Source: Candidatus Cloacimonadales bacterium (GTDB lineage Bacteria > Cloacimonadota > Cloacimonadia > Cloacimonadales > JAIOQZ01). Taken from it: 64,000 nt of DNA. Where the stretch lies: NCBI GenBank assembly GCA_963665815.1, contig OY762463.1, positions 3,424,001-3,488,000 on the forward strand. Reading direction: 5' to 3'. Positions 30,231 to 39,100 of the stretch are shown piece by piece. The notes under the pieces are model-generated. The model was not told where the DNA came from and made no database searches. It saw nothing but the letters and a program-made list of their open reading frames with translations. Within the stretch, counting starts at the first letter, position 1. The number at the start of each line of letters is the position of its first letter. A program made the translations under genes and the position numbers.

Positions 30231-31592
30231 GTGAAGAAATATACAAAGCTAGATTACAATAAAGCTAATATGAGAAGTAATTCAGAGTTTGATGAAGAAA
30301 TCCCGTCAAATGTAAAAGTTATTGAAAGCTTATTCAGCCAATACCGGAAAGGATTTAAGTTTTCAAGGAATGCTTATGCAGGAAGTTGCAGGGATGCTAG
30401 ATCAAAGCGTTATAGACTTGGGAATCGTGGTATTCCTCTTAGCGATGAGCTAAAGTCAATAATTGGTAAAGTTGTAAATCACAAGCAGATTACCTATGTT
30501 GCCTTACATTGCAGGGGGGATATGGAAATCTGTGTTGATAACATAATTGACGTTTTGAATATCGAAGGTGAGTTTGCTGTATTAAACGCAGATGAGCTTT
30601 TTGCTGTTTTCAATATGGAATACGGTACGGTTAACCCTTTTGTCCTATCGAGCTCGGAAACGGAAAGCATAAACCAAATTTTTGATTCAAGAGTGTTTGA
30701 GCAACATGTGAAGCTTCCCGGAACAATGATGACTAATGCCGGAGATCATACTTGGGCTATAGAGTTTGATCCTCTTGATTTAAAGGTATTGATTCCTGAT
30801 ATGGTTGTTGCGAAGATCGCAGAGATAAATCAGGCTACTGAGGACTACGAAGAATTGTCTAGATTAAATCTACGATCTATTGGTTTAATTACCGGAAATG
30901 GTCCAGATTCCGGAATGGCTCTGTGGCAACTGATTAATGATAATGTAAAAGAGATAATGAGTGATAAATTTCTTGGTGACTTATCATTACCGGAAGTAAA
31001 TGTGCTTTCGGTTCCGGGAATGGGGCTATCCATGGAATTGAAACTAAGAAAGAGTGCAACTTGGAGAGAATTATCAAGAGCTGTTGAAACTCTTTGTAAT
31101 CATGGTGTTGATATTCTATGTCTAGCTTGTCATACTACTCACTACTTCTCAGATCAGATTAAAGAGATTTGTAAAAAGTATGGAGTTACTTTTCTTTCTA
31201 TGCCGGAAGTTGTTGTATCATACCTTCAGAAAAAAAAGATTACAGAATTCGCCTTATTAGGGATACCGTCGGTTGCAGACCTTGGTGAATGGAGTGCATA
31301 TTCTACTTTGAATAAGTATAATCCTGAAATTTTGGATTCTGAAACTCTTGATTCTTTTCTAGAAATAGGTTACCTAGTTAAGCAGAAACAGCCATTTGAA
31401 AAAAGCTTCCAGAAACTTATACACTTAATAAAGAAAAAGATAAAATCTGAAAATGTTATTATTGCCTTAACAGAGTTATCAATATTGCTGCAAAAGCAAT
31501 CTAATAAAAAACGAAGAAGAAACATTATTGATGCTCTTGAGCTTTATGGAGAGGCTATTGCAAAAGCTTCTTTAGGCCTAAAATGGCATTAA
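30231..31592 (+). CDS. YbaK/ProX-like domain fused to an Asp/Glu racemase domain
   Basis: ELKS, HCRGD, GTVNPF, TNAG (YbaK fold); IGLITGNGPDSG, ACHTTH, ALLG, ALTEL, IIDAL (racemase fold). Confidence 0.8.
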   Translation: MKKYTKLDYNKANMRSNSEFDEEIPSNVKVIESLFSQYRKGFKFSRNAYAGSCRDARSKRYRLGNRGIPLSDELKSIIGKVVNHKQITYVALHCRGDMEICVDNIIDVLNIEGEFAVLNADELFAVFNMEYGTVNPFVLSSSETESINQIFDSRVFEQHVKLPGTMMTNAGDHTWAIEFDPLDLKVLIPDMVVAKIAEINQATEDYEELSRLNLRSIGLITGNGPDSGMALWQLINDNVKEIMSDKFLGDLSLPEVNVLSVPGMGLSMELKLRKSATWRELSRAVETLCNHGVDILCLACHTTHYFSDQIKEICKKYGVTFLSMPEVVVSYLQKKKITEFALLGIPSVADLGEWSAYSTLNKYNPEILDSETLDSFLEIGYLVKQKQPFEKSFQKLIHLIKKKIKSENVIIALTELSILLQKQSNKKRRRNIIDALELYGEAIAKASLGLKWH

Positions 31593-31603
31593 ACAATTAA
31601 CTA

Positions 31604-31634
31604 AGTACAAGTTGGAGTTGTTCCAACTTGTACT
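31604..31634 (+). terminator. 13-bp hairpin closing the asparaginase operon
   Basis: agtacaagttgga-gttgt-tccaacttgtact right after the stop codon. Confidence 0.6.
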
Positions 31635-31770
31635 CTCCATGAGCGGTAAAACAAACCAATTACATCAGTTTCCCACACATAATTTCATTAAAACTGTCCG
31701 TTAAACGTCCGTCGGTATGATGGGTCAATTGATAATTACCTGAAAGGTATAGGGTTAGAATACATAATAA

Positions 31771-31825
31771 CCCTCCTAAGGAAAAGGTCGTGCGTTTCCC
31801 GATCCATCGGACGCCGGGGGTACCA
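31771..31825 (+). pseudogene. 3' half of tRNA-Arg(CCT), attR-like, with altered T-loop
   Basis: cc-CTCCTAA-ggaaa-aggtc-gtgcgtt...cgccgggggta-CCA; no D-arm or 5' acceptor strand upstream. Confidence 0.85.
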
Positions 31826-31985
31826 TACAAAACTTTTATATACTTAATAATTAATCATTTTACATTAAAATTTTAACTTTACTATCGCGATGAGAACGTC
31901 GACTACAAGCAGGATCCGAAATTACATAGTAATTTTGGTGCGCAGTAACAGCGTGTGAGAAGAGATTCATCACTTCGAGATAGCT

Positions 31986-32004
31986 AATCGCGCCGGGGGT
32001 ACCA
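31986..32004 (+). other. Second tRNA 3'-end copy (att relic)
   Basis: aatcgcgccgggggtacca, matching the end of the first copy. Confidence 0.8.
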
Positions 32005-32010
32005 TTTACA

Positions 32011-32157
32011 AGCTCGTAACGAAGTGAGAGTCTTGCCCAGAGCTCGTAACGAAGTGAGAGTCTTGCCCAGAGCTCGTAACGAAGTGAGAGTCTTGCCCAG
32101 AGCTCGTAACGAAGTGAGAGTCTTGCCCAGAGCTCGTAACGAAGTGAGAGTCTTGCC
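32011..32157 (+). repeat. 30-bp tandem repeat, ~4.9 identical copies
   Basis: (agctcgtaacgaagtgagagtcttgcccag)n with no spacers. Confidence 0.95.
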
Positions 32158-32443
32158 TCCGAAGTCCGCAGGATTTATCCGAGGACCATAGGAGGGGGGG
32201 GCACACTAACATTTTAGAATCTCTGGACGAAGTACCTTATCCGCTCAAAGGCCGTGTGTTTCCCGATTCATCGGGATGACGTATAAAACTTGAAATCATT
32301 GAATGAGGAATAATGAATTAAGACAATAGGATTTTAATAGTAATTATTTATATGTCTTAAGTAAAGGGATATCAAATTTGTAGAAAAAGGGAGTTCGGAA
32401 TTTATATATCGTATTTCAGAGTAATTCTGGTTTGATTTCAATG

Positions 32444-32472
32444 TTGACCTATTTCAAGTATTAATATATTCT
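32444..32472 (+). promoter_or_regulatory. Sigma70-like promoter
   Basis: ttgacc-17nt-tattct upstream of an aaggag RBS. Confidence 0.5.
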
Positions 32473-32497
32473 AGTAATAAAATATTAAGGAGTAATA

Positions 32498-33616
32498 ATG
32501 AAAAATCTAAAAATTATCTCTGTGGTAGCAATTTGCATTTTATTACTGATGGGATGTTCTTCTAACAAGAAACTTGCACAATATATAAACTTTAATAAAT
32601 CGTCATTTGAAAATCCTGATCATGGGAAATCATTGTTGTATGTTTTGAACAAGGAAATTAACAGAGTTAATATGTATATAACTATAGATGGTTTTCCAAA
32701 GGCAATACTACCTTTCAAATCATACTCATACTTCAAGCTTGAACCGGGTTGGCATATTATAGGACTTTCAAATGAGTTTCTGAATAAAGTTGAATTTTTC
32801 GAAATATTCTGTCGTGCAGACGAGACTCAAGTACTTAATCTGATGTCCTATTACAAACCAACAACTTATAATCCGGATTTACCGAGTAAACTGGAATGTC
32901 ATGGATTCATATTCAGAAGATATTTCCCAAAATATATTAATGAACTGGTTAAGGAAGATAAACTGGAATACGTAGATTTAAAACCGGAAGGAGTTGATAA
33001 AATAGCCAGTCATTTTGCTGATGCAGCAAAAAATTTAACGTATGACAAAGATACAAATATGTTGATTTATGAAAATTACAGCTTACCAAACGAGATACCG
33101 GTCTATCCTCAAGCTGGATGGACATTCCAAACGAAGGTCGGAACTACTGAATCGGGACAGTTTAAACTCGGTATGAGTAAATCATCTGAAGTAGTGTTCT
33201 CCAAAAAAGGAATAAAAATTCAGCATCCAACAGACACAGACAGGAATAAGTTCATTCCTATAGAGAACATTCTTTCCTTTGATACTCATCCCGGAAAGAA
33301 GTTAAAACATCAATTATCATATCTTGTAGTATATTATAAAGAGGACAACATTGAAAAAAATATTTTGTTCGTTGACTTCGATGAAATTTACAGATGGGAT
33401 TCCATGGAGTGCAGGCTGACAAATCTAATATCAGAGAAAAGAAATATTGAAGAATTTAAAGATATATTCAAAAAGGATTCTGATGAAGTAAAAAAACTTT
33501 CAGACTTTCATTACGCACAAGTGCACACGATTGATTTTGTAAACTATAAACACCTTACATCTATTACAGATGTTGGTTTATGGTTCAGTCATTATATTTC
33601 CAGTTTGAAAAAATAA
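32498..33616 (+). CDS. Putative lipoprotein (DUF2846-like N-terminal part)
   Basis: Lipobox LMGC; SLLYV..IDG..YSYFKLEPGWH pattern. Confidence 0.75.
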   Translation: MKNLKIISVVAICILLLMGCSSNKKLAQYINFNKSSFENPDHGKSLLYVLNKEINRVNMYITIDGFPKAILPFKSYSYFKLEPGWHIIGLSNEFLNKVEFFEIFCRADETQVLNLMSYYKPTTYNPDLPSKLECHGFIFRRYFPKYINELVKEDKLEYVDLKPEGVDKIASHFADAAKNLTYDKDTNMLIYENYSLPNEIPVYPQAGWTFQTKVGTTESGQFKLGMSKSSEVVFSKKGIKIQHPTDTDRNKFIPIENILSFDTHPGKKLKHQLSYLVVYYKEDNIEKNILFVDFDEIYRWDSMECRLTNLISEKRNIEEFKDIFKKDSDEVKKLSDFHYAQVHTIDFVNYKHLTSITDVGLWFSHYISSLKK

Positions 33617-33814
33617 TCGCTCTACTTGAGCAATTGCACACCATATAGTTATGCCTGTCTGGGAATGTCTGAATTCTTCTGAAAACCTGTCATAACAGCG
33701 ATTTATATATAGCCAGACCATGAGTTTGGCTATCTTTAAGTAAAAATTCATGTTTATAATAATTATTAATTTGCAATGATTACAAAAATGTTTAATTTGT
33801 CATTGGAGGTTAAG

Positions 33815-35926
33815 ATGAAAAACTTAATGATATTTCTTATGCTTTTGATAGTTATGAATATAAATGCTGTCTGGGAAAAGACTAACGGCCCGGACGGTGG
33901 TGTTGTCAACAGGATTATCCGACATGGTAACTACCTGTTTGCTGCAACCGGGGGAGATCTCGGTGAAAATGGCAGTGTTTACCGTTCTGCGGATAATGGA
34001 GACACCTGGGAGCTAGTAAGTTACGACTTTAATATAAACTACGGTGTTATGGATGTTGCTTCAAACAGTAATTACCTGTTCGCCGGGACAAAAGGTTTTG
34101 GATTTTACCGTTCCATGGATATGGGGAACAGCTGGGAAAACTTTAATCAGGTAGCTGATCTCATTCAATTTGATGTTAAAACTCTGTACGCTGATGACAA
34201 TATTGTATTGGCAGGTACATGGATGGATGGAATTTACAGTTCAACCGATAACGGCAGCACCTGGTCACAGTTTGGTACAGGGTTGACTGTCTCCTCACTT
34301 AGAGTTCTGGAAATCGAACAGCTTAACGGTGAATACTATATTGTAACAGCAGGTGGCGCTTATAAGCTTGTAAATAACGTCTGGACAATGATTGCAGGGA
34401 TTAACGACAATATTCTGACAGGTATAGAAACCGATGGAACATACATCTACATTTCAGGTAATGCTGATACCTACAGGTTGGATCCGCAAACTATGTCAGT
34501 GACTCTTCTTGGAGTATTCAACACAAAATGGGTTTACTATGACAGTGGAAGACTGTTCACATCAACATATCAGACAATCTATTACTCAGATGATTCAGGT
34601 GATAACTGGACTACTGTAAGCTTTGGGGAGTTATTCCCGAACCTTATCATGAATACATTCTATGCGGAGTCAGGATTCTGGATTACAGCAAACAGTATGT
34701 TCAATCTATATAAAACTGAAGATGCTGGAATAAGCTGGTCTAAGAACTCCAACGGAATCTCCACGATTACTGTAAATGACTTTGCGACATTCAATAACAA
34801 GTTGTATTCAGTGACTGAATTTGCCGACTATGGCAGGATTTTCGTTTCTGATGATGATGGAATGAACTGGACAATCACTGACAGTGGAACAGCTGCAATT
34901 GGTTTCTTCTCTGTATTCGGAAATGACAGCTTTATGCTGGCTGCTTCATTTGGTGGAGGAATGTATCGTTCTGAAGATGGTATGAGCTGGGATCTGCTTT
35001 CTCTCAACGAGCACCCTGCGTCATATGGATCTCAGATTGTAGAGCACAATGGAGCAGTTTATACAGGTGCGTTTGGCTTTAACATAGATGTATACAAAAG
35101 CACAGATAGTGGTATGACATTCCAGCCATTGAATGTACCGGGACAGGGCGATATCTATGCACTTCAATCCTGGGGCAGTAAGATAATCTACGGCAGAACA
35201 GACGATGTGTATTACTCCGAGGACGACGGTATGACCTGGAATGTTCTTGGAAATGGCTTTGACGGTTTTCCGTTTATAAAGCACTTTGCAGTCTACAACA
35301 ACCATCTATATGCGTCAGGAACAAGTTTATATATGCTGGACGAAAACAATGACTGGCAGATGATTGCAGTACCGGGAAATCCGCTGATTCAGTCGATTGG
35401 TGAAGCAGGCTCAAAGCTATTGATAGGTACCAGAGATGCGGGAATCTATGAGCTGACCGCAAATGGCATGATCACCCACAGCAGTATGGGTTTACCTGTA
35501 GGCGGCAACAGCATGTACCCCAAGGTAATGAAGTTTTATCATGATGATACATATATGTACGTAAGTCTGGAGATGTTCGGTGTATTCCGGGCACCAATAC
35601 AGGTCACAGATGTGAAAGATGAAGACGTTGCGCTGAACAGCCTAAACATGCAGGTATACCCAAACCCTGCCAGAATTTCAGGAGGATCGAACAGGATATC
35701 TGTCAGTTTCAGCCTTAAGGAAAGCTCTGATGCTACAGTATCAATATACAACCTGAAGGGGCAGAAGGTTAAGACTCTGCATAGGGGTCAATTGGACAAA
35801 GGTAGTCATGTTCTTACCTGGGATGGAAATTCAAATGCAGGTGGTAGAGCCGCAACAGGTGTTTACCTTATAAAATCAAGTGGCGGCACAGCAAACGGGT
35901 CTTCCAAGCTGATTCTGCTTAAATAG
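33815..35926 (+). CDS. Secreted BNR-repeat beta-propeller protein with FlgD-Ig/secretion-tail C-terminus
   Basis: Signal peptide, many SxDxGxxW boxes, VYPNP..IYNLKGQKVKTL..WDG..GVY..KLILLK. Confidence 0.9.
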   Translation: MKNLMIFLMLLIVMNINAVWEKTNGPDGGVVNRIIRHGNYLFAATGGDLGENGSVYRSADNGDTWELVSYDFNINYGVMDVASNSNYLFAGTKGFGFYRSMDMGNSWENFNQVADLIQFDVKTLYADDNIVLAGTWMDGIYSSTDNGSTWSQFGTGLTVSSLRVLEIEQLNGEYYIVTAGGAYKLVNNVWTMIAGINDNILTGIETDGTYIYISGNADTYRLDPQTMSVTLLGVFNTKWVYYDSGRLFTSTYQTIYYSDDSGDNWTTVSFGELFPNLIMNTFYAESGFWITANSMFNLYKTEDAGISWSKNSNGISTITVNDFATFNNKLYSVTEFADYGRIFVSDDDGMNWTITDSGTAAIGFFSVFGNDSFMLAASFGGGMYRSEDGMSWDLLSLNEHPASYGSQIVEHNGAVYTGAFGFNIDVYKSTDSGMTFQPLNVPGQGDIYALQSWGSKIIYGRTDDVYYSEDDGMTWNVLGNGFDGFPFIKHFAVYNNHLYASGTSLYMLDENNDWQMIAVPGNPLIQSIGEAGSKLLIGTRDAGIYELTANGMITHSSMGLPVGGNSMYPKVMKFYHDDTYMYVSLEMFGVFRAPIQVTDVKDEDVALNSLNMQVYPNPARISGGSNRISVSFSLKESSDATVSIYNLKGQKVKTLHRGQLDKGSHVLTWDGNSNAGGRAATGVYLIKSSGGTANGSSKLILLK

Positions 35927-35946
35927 ACTTTTCACATTTTAGCTGA

Positions 35947-35977
35947 GATCCCCGATGAAAGTCGGGGGTTTTTGTTT
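35947..35977 (+). terminator. Rho-independent terminator
   Basis: atccccgat-gaaa-gtcgggggt followed by a T-run. Confidence 0.75.
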
Positions 35978-36125
35978 ATCTTCCATCCTATGGAGGGGAG
36001 CATCACAGTAATTATGATTTTAGAAGGCTATTAACAATTCCTGACAACTTTTTACCATTATACCAAAATACTTGACGGATAGCAACCCTTGCTTAACTAA
36101 TAGTTTCATTAATGGGGAGAATGGT

Positions 36126-39100
36126 ATGACGTTTAATGAAATACTTAGTAAATACAGAAAGATAGCGTTTTCAGAAAGAGATAAAGGCGAACGTTTTGAA
36201 AGATTGATGGCTGCGTATCTGCAGACTGATCCTAATTATGGGGATCAATTGAATACAGTTTGGATGTGGAATGACTTTCCTTTCAGGGATGATTTTGGTG
36301 GAACTGATACAGGGATTGATCTTGTAGCAAAGACTAATAATAATGAGTATTGGGCAATACAGTGTAAATTCTTCGATGAATCTGCTTACATTGATAAAGC
36401 GAGTGTGGATTCATTTTTAGCAACATCGGGACGATCATTCAGAAATGAGCAGCTTAAAACGGTTAGTTTTTCTCAAAGACTATGGATTTCAACAACGAAT
36501 AAATGGTCGGTAAATGCAGAGAATGCTCTGAAGAATCAGAATCCACCTGCATTTCGTTTAAATCTCTCCGCTCTGGAAGAAGCACCTGTAGACTGGGATA
36601 AAATCAACAAGGGATTGATAGGTAAAATAGCCAGAAAATCTAAGAAGCAATTGAGGAATCATCAGATAGAGGCATTAGTGAAGACCGAAGATTATTTTAA
36701 AAATAATGATCGAGGAAAACTGATAATGGCTTGTGGTACCGGAAAGACTTTTACAGCTTTGAAAATTTCTGAAAAAGTTACAGCAGGAAAAGGATTTGTT
36801 CTTGTTCTGGTTCCGTCTATTGCATTGATTGGGCAAATGTTACGAGAGTGGACCGGTGATGCTGAAAAGAGTATAAATGCTATTTGTATCTGTTCAGACC
36901 CCAAAGTCTCAAAACATAAAAAGAGTAACAAGGAAGGTAGTGCAGTAATTGATCTGGCTCAACCTGCATCCACAGATCCGGAATATGTGAAACACCAATT
37001 AATAGGCTTCAATAATTACGATAGCCCGAGAATGACAGTTGTTTTTTCAACATATCAGTCAATTGAAGTTATTTCAAAAGTGCAGAAAGCTATAATTAAT
37101 GCAAATATTGGTTATGATGCGTTTGATCTGATAATCTGTGATGAAGCTCATAGGACAACAGGTGTAACTTTATCCGGTGAAGATGAGTCTGCCTTTGTAA
37201 AAGTACATGACAATGATTTCATCCGAGCAAAAAAGCGATTATATATGACAGCTACTCCACGCCTTTATAGTGATGATTCCAAAAGCAAGGCAGCAATTAG
37301 TGATGCTGTTCTTTGCTCTATGGATGATGAAAAGCTATACGGGAAAGAAATTTATCGAATTGGTTTCGGTGAAGCAGTTGAAAGAGATTTGCTCACGGAT
37401 TACAAAGTATTGATATTGACATTAAATGATAATGATATCTCCCCTGTGGTACAGTCAGCATTATCCGCTGGTTCAGAACTTAGTACTGACGATGCAACAA
37501 AACTGGTGGGCGTGATAAATGCTCTCTCAAAGCAAGTGCTGGGTGATAATGGATTGTTAAAGAACAGCGACCCTGAGCCAATGAAAAGAGCTGTTGCATT
37601 TTGCCAGAATATCAAGATCTCAAAGAAAACTACATCTGTCTTCAATAATGCTTCAGAGTCATATCTTGAAACTATTGATGAGAGACGAAGAAAAAAAATG
37701 GTGCAGGCTTCCTCAAAACATATTGATGGAACTATGTCTGCAACTGAGAGAGATGATTTGCTTTCATGGTTGAAAAGTAATGATACTGAATCCGATGAGT
37801 GCCGTATTCTAACTAATGTCCGTTGTTTGAGTGAAGGAGTTGATGTACCGTCTCTTGATGCTGTAGCTTTTCTTTCAGCTAGAAATTCACAGGTTGATGT
37901 TGTTCAATCTGTGGGAAGGGTGATGAGGAAAGCACCCGGGAAAAAGTATGGTTATATTATTATTCCTGTAGTTATTCCTTCAAATATTCCTCCTTCTCAA
38001 GCACTGAATGACAATCAAAGATTCAAAGTTGTGTGGACTGTTCTTAATGCTTTGAGAGCACACGATGACAGATTTAACGCTACAGTGAACAAAATCGAGC
38101 TTAATAAGAAAAAACCTGATCAGATTCTTGTTGGCGGTATTACAAGTGATAATGAAAACGTTTCCGATAATGAGAATATCGAGATAAGCAGACAGTTAAT
38201 GCTGCAGTTTGAGGAGCTTCAGGGTGTTGTTTATGCTAAAATGGTTGAGAAAGTCGGAGATAGATTCTACTGGGAGCAATGGGCGAAAGATGTTGCGGTT
38301 ATTGCAGAGAATCAGATTGAACGAATCAACACATTGATTGATAATTGCCCTGAACATAAAGATACATTTTCAGATTTCCTCAATGGACTTCAGAAGAACA
38401 TTAATCCGGGAATTTCACATAAACAGACTGTAGAAATGCTTGCTCAGCATATTATAACCCGACCTATATTTGAATCTCTTTTCGAAAACTACTCCTTTGC
38501 AAAGAACAACGCTATTTCTCAGTCAATGCAGAATATGCTGGACATGCTTGAAGGAAACACTCTGGAGGGAGAATCCGAGACATTGCAGAAATTTTATAAT
38601 TCCGTCAGGAAAAGAGCGGAAGGGATAGATAATGCCGAAGGTAAACAGAGAATTATCATTGAACTTTACGATAAATTCTTTAAGACCGCTTTCCCTAAAA
38701 TGGTTGAGCAATTGGGAATTGTCTATACTCCGGTAGAAGTAGTTGATTTTATAATTCATTCTGTTGATAATATTCTGAGAAAAGAATTTGATAGAAGACT
38801 TACGGATGAGTATGTACATATTCTGGATCCATTTACGGGAACCGGAACATTTATAACACGTTTACTGCAAAGCGGTCTGATTGATTCCGGTGATTTAAAA
38901 CGGAAGTACAGCAAGGAACTGCATGCTAATGAGATTGTTCTACTTGCATATTATATTGCCGCCGTGAATATTGAGAATACTTTCCATGATTTGCTGGAAG
39001 AGAATGCAGCCTATAAACCTTTCGACGGAATTGTGCTGACAGATACTTTCCAGATGGGAGAGGATGAAGAAAAGGATGACTGCAGGACAACGATGTTCCC

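Larger units (their letters stand above)
1..31825. mobile_element. Right-hand part of an integrated element/genomic island ending at a tRNA-Arg(CCT) 3' duplication; left end outside the window
   Basis: Phage/plasmid-type recombination genes, defence genes, tyrosine recombinase, visibly AT-richer than the genes after 33.8 kb, and a tRNA 3'-half at 31771-31825. Confidence 0.75.

Noticed and set aside
31740..31825. Functional tRNA gene
   Set aside because: 5' acceptor strand and D-arm are missing and the T-loop is disrupted
32011..32157. Mini CRISPR array
   Set aside because: Head-to-tail 30-bp repeats with no spacers
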